Notes: generated by a model not told the origin, from the sequence alone. A stretch of DNA of 64,000 nucleotides from Veleropilina oligotropha (GCA_048128005.1 JBEUKZ010000115.1:124001-188000), one strand, 5' to 3'. Numbered from the stretch's first letter, positions 47,093 through 61,007 are shown. A program made the numbers and translations.

Positions 47093-48974
47093 TAACGTGT
47101 AATATAAACGCCAGAAATATACTTTATTAATATATATCCACTTTGATTGCACTGTAAACATCAATTCATATTGAAGTATTGTTTTGATCGTTGAGTGTAT
47201 TGGACATTGAACCACATAAATTTATTCATATTTGCGTTTCTCAAATTCACGTGGGCTGGGTCAGTAGCGGGTAGCCTATCGAGTCCACTGCTCCGATTGT
47301 GCATTCTCTGTGTAGTTACCAGTTACACTTGTCCATAACTGGCTGGAGAGTGAGAATTTTTTCAACTGATAATATGGACTTGTCCTGGTGTGAACCTGAC
47401 TGATTATTCAAAGCAAAACATCATGGAAAGATTCAAACCTAACCACGACCCAAATTAATTGACGTAGTGGCGGGTTAAAATTTAAATATTTTCCATTGTG
47501 TATTTTTGTAATACATGTATTTTGTGCATGCATTTTAATTATTTCTGCTTGTAAATAAAAAGAGTTTATACTTGCTTTGTATATTATAATACTGGAGGCT
47601 ATAATTTCCAAGATATCTTTAACTTGTCATCGAAAATTCGGAAAACGATACAGATCTTTGTTCTTCAATATTATTTTTGATGACATGACACATGTCCATA
47701 ATAATCAACAGAAAGACCAGATACCCAATGAAACCTTCCCAATTCGAGACTACCATGACTTATAAATCTGAAGTGCTTTCATCTAATATTGAACCCACAC
47801 AGGCAAATAACTGCAAGAGATTTTGATCATCTCTCTAACCTATTGTACCACGCAGACCGAAACAGGAACACGCTGTGTATCGTGGAATGTCACACAGCTC
47901 AACGTAGGAACCAACACGTGTTAAACCGAACACAGGGACTCGAAGCAACAATATTAGACATATTTCTGAAATGCAAACATTGTATTTTGTCAGAGATTAT
48001 TGCCGGTTTGGATTCCACTATTTAAATTAACATTCATACATTATTACACTACTACGTGACGCAAACAGAAGAACATAAAATAAACAATTTATTAACCATA
48101 ACAAAAAAGAAAACATTTTACAAATATATCATGATTTTCAGCATCAACTGCATTTGGCACATACTATTGTCATAAGTAGGTATCAAGCTCAACAATACCA
48201 TGATCATATACTATACAATACAACGATAATTACATAGAAGCAATACTGAATTGATCACAGTAAAGTTGATATTATATCAAAACTGTTATAGATGAACCAT
48301 AACAAATATGGCAAACCATAAAATTAAATAATATTTTTAAAACAGGAATGATCAAAATGTTCATCAAAGTTAAAATAAATATCAACAAATAATATATTGT
48401 TTCAATTTTCCTTTTAAAATAAATATCAACAAATAATATATTGTTTCAATTTTCCTTTCGATTGAACGCATGAAATTATAAAAGCAACACCAAGCTACAT
48501 ATTCAATATAATTATATGTGTTTGAATATCAACAAAACAAAATAACAACGAAGTACTGACCATCATTACAGACATAATATCCAATATAAATGTACTTGGA
48601 TATCAGCAAACAAAATAACATATTGTATTAAATTTTCAATTTAACGATGAAATTATAAAACTAACACAAAAAAGCATGCACCTTTGTTGTGATTTCTGCT
48701 CTGCAAATCGGACATTTGCTGAGATGCATGGAGCAGATCCAGCATGCTATCATGTGGCGGCATTCCAGGAAGATTGTGTTTTTGGGGGCATCCATGCAGA
48801 TTGCACATTCATTTTCCCTATTAGGCACATAACCTGAAAGGAATATGCATCTTGTTTATTTTAAAATAATGAAATATTTTAGACAGGTCAACAAAAATAG
48901 AATGGCCACCGGAAATTATCTTGACACATTCTTTTCGGAGAGATTTTCTGCAAATTGCATACAAGTACTACTCC

Positions 48975-51388
48975 TTAATGCTCCTTTGGATCTTGTTGTT
49001 TTTGTCCGAATGCTGCCATGAACCCTCGCATCATTTCCATTCTCTCAATATGCATTTGTTCCCGGCGTTGTTGTTCATCATCATGGCGTTCTCTCTGAAG
49101 TGTTACCAAATCACGGATCATATCCACCATATCTGAGGACTTTCTCTTTCGTTTTACATTTGGTTCTTTGCTCTTTGGCACCTGGTTATCATCTGGTGCA
49201 TGTTCACCGGGTTCTTCCACAATGATATCATCTAATGCCCTCTTAGGACGGCTGCCTAATGTCTTTACAGGATTAATGACAGGATCCCCCTTCAAAATTT
49301 TATCCATTTCGGCTTCGTACTCGAACACTTTACGTCCTGCTCCCGACTTCTTGTTATTCAGTTTGACTTGTTTATAAGCTCGGAGTAGTGTTTTCCACCT
49401 GCCTAATACCTGATCAGAAGTGTAGTCGTAGCCTTCCTTCTTCATTATTGCCGTGATGACTGAAAACATAGCCTTTTGTGTTAGCCTTCCCTGGTCCATT
49501 CTGGGTTTGTGTGTTTCAACCTGTGCCAGTAGAAGCAGGGTGGCACTTCTGTTCCACGACAAGGGGCCTGACTTACCCTGAGAGGCTTCTCCAACATTAA
49601 AGTCACCATCTGAAAATTCATGAAACGTATCGATTTAAAACAACTAAAAGGAAAGTGATTATTTGTATGCATAGTAATGAAAAGTCACACTCAAACAGGG
49701 TTGTTTATAGGATGAGCGGCAGAGACAATTAAACACTACGGATACAGGCTTGTAGTCAGTCATTGGTATGTGGAATGAACCTACAAACCTAACTTTATTT
49801 CATTGAAAATATATTTTATACATAAGAAATGTGATATTTCAGTGTTATATAAAAAGACCTACATCATTTGTGAGCCAAACAACCAAAATGTTCTGCAGTG
49901 TTTTTCAATGTCAAAAACACTATAATGACCATATCGTTAAAGACTGCATAACGCTACCTGGAATGTTGTCTCCTTCATTGTCACCCACGTCGGAAAGAAT
50001 GCCTGAAAAAGTTAAATTCAAACCAGCAATAAGTATGCTACTATGTTGCACGTGCTATCCAAGTATGGCATGCACATGCATTTGATAGCTACAAATTGCA
50101 ACTAAAAGTTGATGCAAAATGGATACTGGTAATTTACGTATTGCTATAGACCGATTAAAGTGTCAGAAAGAATATAGGAAATATACCTACTGCTACACAT
50201 ACATTTCATCCTGAAACTTCCGTTGGAATGGAAACTCTTATATATTGTAACTGTTGTCATTGTAATAGTAACTTGGCGATTACAGTTAGAGCGTGGCCAT
50301 TAATTATGTCCTTATTGTGATTTTCTAGTTCTTTAAGCTAAATACATAACAAAGCTTGACATAGTCAGTACCTGAATTGTTGTCGGCTTCAGGAACTGGT
50401 AAAAATAAAAAAGTACCCTAACTCGATTCAATACGTGCAAATTCGTATATAATTTGATGTGTCACACATTATATAAACATATAATTTAATGATAAATTAT
50501 TATGTACCCGTAGAATTGGATCCTGTACAGGTATGATCATCATAGGCTTGTGTATCTAAGAACCACATCTGGCATGCATCACATTGAAACATGGTTCGTC
50601 TGTTGCTGGGATGTTTTTGGCTTCTTCCATTGTAGTTTGCCTGTCGGGGAAGCATAGACGCAAACCGCTGTTACCATTTGTTGCTACAATGAAAATTAAC
50701 ACATTATTAGTGACTCAGTTTCATTCCAAGTAAAATTAAAACAGAATACTAAAAACAGAAATCGCACATTGCAATTAAAAACTATAATAAAGTCCATAAT
50801 TTCCGTCTATAAGTATAACACTGGTGTTGTTACCTTCCCCGCGTTATTTTAGTGCAACAAATTATCATTTGTTTCATAAAAAATATTTTTGTATCACACA
50901 TTAATATTTATGTACCAATAAGTACAAAGCCCCGCGCTCACGTCAGTTCCTCAGATTGAACTGCGGACCCCTGTCGAGGTGCTCGTCCAGGGACACGGTT
51001 CAGCTCCGGCACTTCGCCCCCGTGTCGATATACGATATTATTGATTTTAATTTAAAACGGGAAGAACAAAAGTCGTCAACGTTGGTATATTAAATAAGTC
51101 TCAATATTACTTTTTGGCGTTTGATTATAACGAAACTAATTTATAAAAGATATACTCGTCAACAACCGAGTAGCGAAGTTCGGTGAAAACACGTGGATAG
51201 GGAATGCGAATCAAATGTGCTCATTTACAAGCATGCATATACGCGGTATAAATAAAATATATATCTATGGATGAACAGCTTGTTAAAAAATACTTACCAC
51301 CACTTGCGACACACGGATGCTGATTAAAAATGGACATGTTGTCAAAGAATTGCGCGCATTCCGAGCATTCATAAGTAGTGGTGGCCAT
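48975..51388 (-). CDS. Harbinger Myb/SANT-like DNA-binding protein with two N-terminal CxxC..HxC fingers (5 exons; probable 1-nt frameshift in exon 2)
   Basis: Exons 51388-51298, 50683-50508, 50395-50372, 50002-49958, 49609-48975. WNRSATLLLL..ITAIMKKEGY..QVLGRWKTLLRAYK trihelix-type motif and a C-terminal coiled coil. Confidence 0.8.
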
Positions 51389-51808
51389 GTTGATGACGTC
51401 ACTGTACCCGCTACACCACCTATTGCGCGAGTACAGCGGGAAGCTGTACCGAACATTGTACCGAGCTGTTCCATTGCTGTTCGGAGTACTCCGTGTGTAC
51501 CGCACAGCGAAAGGAACACGCCCGAGGTGTCGATGACATGTTAGAGATTTCGCAGACGCATTTGCTCTAGTGAAGTTACTGAACTGGACTAAAGGTACAA
51601 ACTTTCATTAATAAAGTGACATTGTTGACAGAGAAATATGAATAATAGTTAAAATGAAAGTTATACAGTCATCTGAAATGTGTCTTGTGCATTTTTTAGG
51701 CGAACGAACTATGTTTATTATGGTAACCTACTACAGGTCGCCTAAAATCAGTTTTGCGTAACCTCCCCGCGAACGCGTTCAGCCGTTCGCCATAACACCG
51801 CACGCTTG

Positions 51809-52237
51809 TAGACCCCACCGTCCCTACAGATAATAGACCCCACCGTCCCTACAGATAATAGACCCCACTGTCCCTACAGATAATAGACCCCACCATCCCT
51901 ACAGATAATAGACCCCACCGTCCCTACAGATAATAGACCCCACCGTCCCTACAGATAATAGATCCCACCATCCCTACAGATAATAGACCACACCGTCCCT
52001 ACAGATAATAGACCCCACCGTCCCTACCGATAATAGACCCCACCGTCCCTACAGATAATAGACCCCACCGTCCCTACAGATAATAGACCCCACCGTCCCT
52101 ACAGATAATAGACCCCACCGTCCCTACAGATAATAGACCTCACCATCCCTACAGATAATAGACCCCACCGTCCCTAAAGATAATAGACCCCACCGTCCCT
52201 ACAGATAATAGACCCCACCGTCCCTACAGATAATAGA
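51809..52237. repeat. 25-bp minisatellite, right part (~17 copies)
   Basis: Same unit as 44519-44596. Confidence 0.96.
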
Positions 52238-52557
52238 TGTGCGTACATTGTGTGGAACTGAAAAAAGGTGACCGCAATATTGTATTTCATGGGAATTTTA
52301 GGTGAAACGGTTGCTTAGTGAACTGGATCCATTTCATACAGTTAGGAATCACGCTAAAAAAATAATGTAAGCATTGAAATTACATTGAATCACTGAGATA
52401 TACTCAATGGGAACTATATAGCCTTCACTTCTAGAAATAACAGATATTGATATTGTGCAAATAAGCAGAAATAGGTCTTCTCCAGAAGTCAAAGTTAAAG
52501 GAGAAGACGCTTAAAAAAGATATTCCAAAATTGAAATGCCCGGTCACTTTTAAGTGA

Positions 52558-53418
52558 CATGGTTCGTACAAAAAGTCACATGAAATTCAAGGACTTTCCA
52601 AGGACTTCACAAATACTTTCAAGGACTATTTTTCAATGCAAATGAATATATAATGTATGTGATATTTGCAACTTGGAACAGTGATAATTATAAGTACATG
52701 AATAAAAGGCACATTATTCAACTTCGTGTTAAACTTGAATTAAAAATGATTATATTAATTTTAGGTGCGACTTCAGTGCACGTTCGCCCATTTTAGCAAT
52801 GTCGATCGTTTTGTTGCACAACGCTCACATGGCTTGATGTTTGTCCGTTTTTACTTCTCGTATCCACGATGCATATTCCACCTGCGCAATCCATTTTCTA
52901 TTAAAAACGCATATCCTGCCACAGCCGCCGTAAATTGTTGATTACAATTTCATTATTTACACGTTATTGACAAAATTTCCTTCATATTTCGCGAATAAAA
53001 TCGAATAAACAGATTGTCGGCCAAGGGAGACAATTTTTACTGTCTTCAATGTCCCACTGTTTCCGCCATTATCTGCTAGTTCCGAGACTCAATGGAAATC
53101 AACGAGTCAGTGTTAAACTTGACATTCACAAAATTCGAAGATTTCCGAATCTCTTTATTCTGTCGGAATGCAAATCTGTACAGATAAATGGTGACCGCCT
53201 TAACCGCGAACGAAAACAGACGCAAGTACCATAAAGTTAATAAATTTAGCAAAGATATAGGAGCGCCAAAATATTAAAATAGTTAACATGATGATACTCA
53301 AGGACTTTTCAAGACTGTTTGGTCATATTCAAGGACTTTTGAAGGTTATCTTCAAATTCAAGCACTTTTCATTATAGACGGTCAAATTCAAGTACTTTTC
53401 AAGGTTGTGCGAACTTTG
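52558..53418. mobile_element. hAT5-like MITE (5-bp TSD)
   Basis: Imperfect TIR CATGGTTCGTACA / TGTGCGAACTTTG; AGTGA on both flanks; repeated TTCAAGGACTTT sub-terminal motifs. Confidence 0.7.
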
Positions 53419-54893
53419 AGTGAGCACCACCTCGCAAAATGGTGTCCGACTTCCACCTTACCAGTACATGTATTTCCCTAATTTTCATATGACATAATGT
53501 GATCTAAAGTTGAAGCATTTCCAGCTAACAGTTATATAGAAATATGTCAAGCACACAATATACACGTACATCATAAGTTTTACCATAAATTCACCATTAT
53601 GATGGTCATTACTCATTGATCAAATAGTGCATACATAAAAGTTAATAGAGAGTTGGTAATACAGTATAATAGTTTTGCTTAAATCCACCTCTATGATCGC
53701 CACTAGTCACTGACCAAACAATACATACGGCTTTTACACCAAAGTTCATAGAGAGTTGGTGCTAATCAATGGTGAGGTGGGGTGAATCAGATTACCTTTA
53801 CGACCACATTTTGACAATTTTTCAAGTTCGGTTTAACGCCTCATTTTAGGATGAGAGACTTGTTTTTAAACCATCTCTTCAATTGAAAGAATAAGCCCAG
53901 TAGATGTGTGAATCGAACTCACAGCCTAGTCCGCTTAAAATCAATGATGACTTGCATAAGCGTATTATCATTGTTTAAACAACATTAAAATTGGCCAAAC
54001 TACAAGTTCACCAACTGCTAAATAAACCCACCAAATTTCGCAAAGATATGTAGAGCGGTTTATGAGATACGCTCTGAAAACATTTGCGGGTTTGCTGCAT
54101 GGTAACTTGATAAAAAGATTGCTTTGTAAGAATGGTAACAAGTAATTCTGTAATTATATAACAACTATCTCTATCATGCTAATTAAAGGGTTTAATTTAA
54201 GATAAATCATTATAATTATACAATGCCAATGTTGGCAACATCTATCAGCGATCAGAGATATGATTCAAAAGATTTATGAAAATGTACCATAGCTCTCTTG
54301 GTTGTGACAGAATCTGTTACACGCCTAAGGTTAAAACCATATTGTAACAAACATCGTGTTGTGTAGACTAACGAAGGTAAGAAGTACTGGAAATTATCAT
54401 ATAACAAAACAATAATCGACTGTTGTTTGAGTGCGCATGCAATGATTTATTTGTGGATAAATCAGTATATTCACACCAACATCAGTCAATAACTTCGCCA
54501 TGTGTCGCATACTAAGGCTATTGCACAATACCAGACATAATAACTTAATGGCGAAAATGTTGTATATATATATACATTATTATCCTCAGGGTGATTGGCA
54601 CAGTGACAAAGATGTCAATGGTGAAACGGTCAACTAATGTTTGAGGTGGTGAACTGAAAATACTGTAGATGTTCCAGAAAGACTGTATAAGCTATTAGCA
54701 TTCAGAATATAGCCAAGACAGTACTTATAACTGGCCTATATCAAATTCGGTGGTATATATCTAGCCCCGATAATCTTCCTATTGGCACATGCTCTACACA
54801 AGTACATACCACAATTAATATGAAATAACCAGTCCCGTTAACCAAAAATGTGCTTATATAATATATTGCTTTGAAACTATCTAGCCTGTATAG

Positions 54894-57032
54894 TGTGACG
54901 GACCGAGCGGCGTCCCCCATTCAAATCTGTGGCGGACCGAATGGTGAAACACAAACAAGTGACAAGGGTTGCCACTAACTTTCGCGAATCGAGCGGTCAA
55001 CCAACAAACCAACGGACCACCGTAACCTCAAGCAGCACCATAGTCAAGTCAAACTCAACCAACACGCGATTACGCAATCACGCGCACATTGTAGTCTCCC
55101 GTGATCGACAACTCGACAGATGGAACAGTAGCGGGCCTCCATGTAGACCACGTCAAGGCAAACTGGTTTCACCAGAGTCACATAGCACCAACCGATGGCA
55201 CGTCCCTTCGAATAGCGATAGTAAACGTTTACACAATGACCTGGAAAGAGGAGCCGATGCATCATAGAACATTTATATTTTTAACTGCCACCACCATAAT
55301 GCATAAACACGCTCAGTCCAGATCAAACATGAAAACGACGCGACGCAGGTCCCTACGAAAATATATCGCGAGTTTAAAACGGCCGTCTCAACCGTGACAG
55401 ACAATACCAGAGAAAAACTCAACCCAATTATAAAGGAAATAGTGTAGTGAGTTGTTCTCTGTTCGAATTAAAACAACATGTAATAAAAACTAATATATTT
55501 ATTTATTAACCATTCCTATAATAAGACATAAGACACTATCCTACAGCTATACATCGATATGCGTTACTGGCTATTTCTTGATTGTTCATACACAATAAAA
55601 GCGGATTTAATAAAAGTGAAACTGACATGGTAAAGTTTGGTAAACGCTTTGTGACCTGAAATCGATTAGCGAGTAAACTTCAGAATAATCTTACTAAATA
55701 ACACGGGGAGAAAAATGTAGTTATTACTCGATATCCAATAATTAAACAAATACGACTCTGGCATAAAGGTGAGATTATATCTCCACAAGTCGGCAGTATA
55801 TAAATGCCGTAAAATCTTGCATCATATTCTTCCACCACGACAACAAGTACCTGCAGCGAAACTACCCGTCAGCGGATTCACTACAAGACACCAACGTTGT
55901 CCAACAACGACCGTTCTACTTCCGGTCCTATAGGTTGTTAGAACCAACCCAAAAAGGGAAAAGCTGATCTTGCATTTCTCGCGTATTTAGCATCGAAATG
56001 GTACAGCGACTCCTCAGAATATAGCGTTCATGTCCTCACACGCACCGTGATCACAAGATCCTTTAAAATATAACCAGAGCCGTCATATTATAAATATTAA
56101 ATAAATACATCCCCGCGTGATGAATACAAACAGAAATGAGCAAAACGCACTCATGGATTAACTCTATCGTTTACGATTAAATTAACTCATCGCAAGAAAG
56201 TAAATAGCGTTACCAATAAAACTGAACAAGTTATCTCGCTAAACGAAAATGTTATCACAAGGCGTTAAAGATACAGCATCAGTGAACCATTTCAATAAGG
56301 TACAACATTAACAGAATTTATATTAACATAATTTATCGCGAATGCACAGGAAATATAGTCTTCTCGCAGAGATCAAACTTCAACCTTGAACGAGTACGAT
56401 GAGAGCACTTCAACAATGTTCTTAATATCTGATAGTAGCACTTCTCGACCAACACGAAGCCTCGTTCCGCATAAGGTCTTCGCGGAGGTTCCGTAACTGT
56501 CCCAGGATAATTTACATCACGAAACAAGAGACTATATAATATTATATTTCTAAACGACATTTTAAACTAATACTAGCGATTAAATACAATGTTAGCTGTT
56601 AAATTCAAGAGAATGTTAGTAATTAAAGTCACGTTTATAAAGATTCGTTTGCCAACTAGTGAAAAGTTAACTTACATGATCGAAATACACGGCGGATAGT
56701 AACAGAAATACAACAAAAGACGTTACATCGGATTCACTCAACTTACATGGCCACAAACATACGACGAGACAATACGCCCTCCCTTGCGAGGTGTCGAGCC
56801 ACAAGGAAAGAGAGAGATTTCACTCCCAGCATAGTGTTATATAGGGAATAATTTTGCATAACAAAAGGCAAACGTTGTTTGCGGAACCGCACGATTTGAC
56901 CGTTTCATATCAGGTGACTACAATGTCAATTTCATTTCACCGATTCACAATTCACAACAGTGTACGGAAGGCGCTTAAGGCCATACAAATACATACATAT
57001 ATTTAAGGGTGTCTTAACATAAAATCGCGACA
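54894..57032 (-). mobile_element. Solo LTR (~2.1 kb), Gypsy-like
   Basis: TGT...ACA termini (TGTGACG / TCGCGACA); 4-bp TSD ATAG (54890-54893, 57033-57036); minus-strand CTATATAA (56837-56844) followed by a pyrimidine-rich initiator-like tract. Confidence 0.72.
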
Positions 57033-57069
57033 ATAGCACTTGCATGAAGGCTAACTCTTCAGGAGCGAA

Positions 57070-59058
57070 TCGGGTCCAAATCACCCGAAAATCAATATAC
57101 AAAGTCATTATTTCTCATCAGTCGGTAAAAAACTATCCGATCAAATTCCACAATCAACAAAGGGCTACAAAGAATATATGGTTGATAGAACTGACGCAAA
57201 TTTGTTTCTAGTACCCACTGATATTGGTGAAGTCACAACTATTGTCTTACGCCTAAAAAATAAAACAAGTAGTGGTCATAACATAAATAATATACTGTTA
57301 AAAAAGCTTATACACACCATCAACCGACCATTAACACTAATATTCAATAAATCAATAGAAAGTGGAACTTTCCCCAGAAGTATGAAATTAGCAGAAGTCG
57401 CGCCAGTATATAAAAATAAAGACAAGCACGTCATAAGTAACTATAGGCCAATCTCATTGCTACCCACCATCTCTAAAGTGCTGGAAAAAATTATATATGG
57501 ATATTTAACTTCTAATAATATATTATTTCGTAGTCAATATGGCTTTAGAAAGAAACATAACACTATAGATGCAGTAACAGAACTTATAAGTAACATAATT
57601 AATGGGTTTGAAGAGAAAAAATATACACTTGGTATATTCTTGGACCTATCAAAAGCGTTCGACACTATAAATCATACAATACTCATAAGTAAATTAGAGC
57701 ACTACGGGATAAGGGGATTACCAAATCAATGGATTCAGAGCTATTTACAAGACAGAATGCAAAGAGTCAAACTCCACAGTGACTCTAATAACAGCACGGT
57801 ATCCAAATACATGCCAGTTGAATGTGGTGTCCCACAGGGATCGGTGCTAGGGCCACTTCTCTTTATAATATACGTAACTGATGTAAATAAATGTTTACAT
57901 TATCTAAAGATGATAATGTTCGCAGATGACACAACAATGTACATTACAGGAAACAATACAACGCTTATTTATAAAATGGCCAATCAAGATTTGAAAGCAA
58001 TATCAGAATGGCTTAAATGTAACAAATTATCTCTTAATGTCAGTAAAACAAATAGCATGTTATTTACTCACAAAAATACCACTGTCCCAGGAGAAAACAC
58101 ACTCAGAATAGATAATGAAGCTATAACACAGGTTAGATCAACAAAGATTTTAGGTATGATTATTGATCAAAACTTAAATTGGATGGATCATACAAATTAT
58201 ATATACAACAAATTAATGCGAAGCATGTATAATCTCCGTTGCAGTAAAAATAAATTCCCAACTTATATAAAAAGAAACCTATATTACAGCTCGATACACT
58301 GTCATCTGACCTATGGCATAACTCTTTGGGGCCCAATGGCAAGAAGATCTCAAATTAATAAAGTATTTAAATTGCAGAAAAAATGTATGCGGCTAATAGT
58401 AAATGCAAAATAGAATGACCACACCAATCCCTTATTTAAGAGATTAAAAATATTAAAATTAGAAGACATGATTGAATTTAATTTAAGCAAACTAGGTTTT
58501 AATTATTACAACAAGCATCTACCTGCTCCTATTATGACAATATTTCCGAATAGTTCTCAAATTCATAAATATAACACTAGATATAGAAACGACCCTGTAG
58601 TTCAACGGCATATTATGGCGTCATACAACAAAAGCTTTCTAAGTAAAATGCCTTCACCATGGGGTAATCTGTCAATGGCCTTAAAAATTAGTCCATCAAT
58701 GTCTTGTTTTTCAAAAAGATACATCAAATCGAAAATAAACGATTACTGAAACCAGCTCGGATGACATTTGTTTATTACATATAAATGAATACAAACTTTC
58801 TTCTCAGCACACTTATCACTTCCTTTCTTATACTATCCTTAAATATCATGCTCAATGTAGTATCATTTGTATTTTATTTGTGTATTTTCTTAGGGTTTAT
58901 TATTATAGCACTTATTGTTATTATTGTCAAATTAACTCTAATACTGTCAATATATAGGGGTGTCTTTGCCGTATGGAACAGTCATTATTGACTCTGGAGA
59001 CATCCTTCCTAAGTATTATATTATTGTAACTACATATGAAAGAAAAAATAAACATCAT
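57070..59058 (+). mobile_element. 5'-truncated L2/CR1-group LINE (RT domain)
   Basis: NYRPISLLP, QYGFR, DLSKAFD, GVPQGSVLGP, FADDTT; in-frame stop at 58411; 3' UTR ending near AATAAA ~59047. Confidence 0.92.
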
Positions 59059-59835
59059 TAGACAGGGGTCGACCTTCACGGTAATCCGGTAGCCCGAAGT
59101 TACCAGATTGATAAACGGGATACCACATTTCTGATGTCAGTAATCCATTTGGGAACCAGATATATTATAAAAAATGTTTCAGATAGTCAACTACCAAGAT
59201 CCAGCAGACTAGGTAATTAATTTTGGTAGCTGTTACAAAATCATTGAGCTGTGAACAAGTTAATTTAAGCGTCTGTAAACTGCAAAGTGCATGCATTGTT
59301 CCTTTTATTATTTCATTCACACCCCAAATCCCCTTTGAATAAAATAGGAAGCCTAATTAAGCTTCATTACCTTGTGTCCTTTATTCAACTCTCGACAGTA
59401 AAATATCAACGCGACCGCCATTGTCGTCATCTGTTGTTACAGCCCAGATTCCACACTTGAAGAAGTTAATTTGGGCACTGCTCAATTCAAATTTATCTCT
59501 GCCTAACTTTCCAAATTAGGGCAAGTGAACTCCCGCTTGAAGCTGTGCCAAAGTTGACTTGCTCTGCCAAACTTTCCATGGTTGACCAAAGTAACTTTGG
59601 CAAGGAGCCTCGTTTTCAAATTTCTTTCTTATTCCATACCAGCACTGCCCAAGTTGTCCATAGCTCAAGTTAAGTTCAGGACAAAGCTTCGTTCTCAAAT
59701 TTACTTTTTATTTCAAATTTTACACTAAAATATACTGGAGTAGCTATTATTTTTATTTCTTGACCTTTTTGTAAAAAAGGACAAGACATTATCAAATGGT
59801 CCATGTGTATATATATACATATATACATATATATA

Positions 59836-61007
59836 CTACGGGGCTAAAGAAAGTATACATCATCTGTTTATGTCAGTAGACTGACCATAAATGAAGAGAA
59901 AAAGTAAATTAATATTCCCATTATTAAATTAACCATTTTGCTATAAAATGACAAATTATGAACTAGAAGCGAATAATGTAAAGCATATAATTAGGCCATA
60001 GACACACATGGGGGTCAATACAAAAAATTGCAGTTGAAATTAAGGGATAATGTTGTCTATCAAAAGCATTCTCACAGTTCGTTAACATACTGTACTTGTT
60101 ATCAGTAGCGTGTGTGGACACCTCCGGCGTCTATACTTGCTTGAACACGGTTCGACATTGAATTCGTGAGTCTCCAGATGACGTCATCAGGTATTCTGTC
60201 AAACTCTTCAAGCAATGCCTGCTCAAGCTGATTTCTGTTGGTTGGGGGTCGAACCCGTCTTCTCAATTGCCGATCACGATGATTCCATAGATCCTCTATT
60301 AAAGTCTGGGGACAGTGATGGCCACGGCAAAACTGTGACGTCATGATTGTCCCAAAAATATTGAACGATTCTCGCTGTGTGTGGTCTGGCGTTGTCCTGT
60401 TGCAGAAGTTTTTGTTGTGTGCGATGCTGTAGAAAAAGGCAGTGCTATACTTTTCACCTGTCAAGTTCCTACGGATGATTACTAATTGTGTCTTCAGACG
60501 GCACCACATTCCACCCCATATCATTACACCTCCACCACGGTATGGGTAAACTTCACGAATGGAATTTGGGTCATGTGGAGTTGAGTCCGACCAGTCAAAT
60601 GAGAACGTCGGAGGAGTCTGTTGATGGTTAACCGGGTACACGGCAAGGTTTTTGCAATATGGTCTTGTCTTGCCCCCATTTCAGCCATACCAATAGCCCT
60701 CTCTCTCTCTTCCGACTTAAAATTTGGCATGTTTTCTACGTGATAACACTATTGATACGTTTTTGGAGCTCATGCAAACCGTAACATTCTAAATTTCCTT
60801 GTTTTACCAATTTTTGCATGCTGGCACCAAAAGCACGAAATAATGCGAGCAACGACTTGCTGCATGATTAGGCGTAATTATACGAATGTTATGGGCCATT
60901 GTTATCTTTGGTCAATATGGTCTGGGGCAGAATAATCTGACATTGAATTATGTATACTTTCTTTTGCCCGGGACATTGAATTATGTATACTTTCTTTTGC
61001 CCGGTAG
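59836..61007 (-). mobile_element. Tc1-family transposon, internally deleted and frameshifted
   Basis: TIR CTACGGGGCTAAAGAAAGTATACAT / ATGTATACTTTCTTTTGCCCGGTAG, TA flanks. Remnants ERERAIGM, GGGVMIWGG, IEDLW, SMSNRVQASIDAGGVHTRY (60102-60730). Confidence 0.9.

Larger units (their letters stand above)
45457..51523. mobile_element. PIF/Harbinger transposon, full length, two convergent genes
   Basis: TIR GGGTGCGTTCCTTTCGCT / AGCGAAAGGAACACGCCC; HARBI1-type transposase on + and Myb/SANT-type protein on -. TSD not conserved (CAT/GAG). Confidence 0.9.
44597..51808. mobile_element. hAT-like non-autonomous element with 6-bp TSD, hosting nested Helitron and Harbinger
   Basis: Imperfect TIR CAGGCATGTGATGTAAT / ATAACACCGCACGCTTG; TAGACC duplicated (44591-44596, 51809-51814); GGTAACCTAC sub-terminal motifs at both ends. 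Confidence 0.7.

Noticed and set aside
49567..49576. Apparent 9-nt GTAAGTCAG micro-intron in the Myb gene
   Set aside because: Reads through in frame (SQGKSGPLSW) and is too short to splice.
55044..55265. Cys-rich ORF as a host exon
   Set aside because: Lies inside the TSD-bounded solo LTR, ends in a stop and has no recognisable domain.
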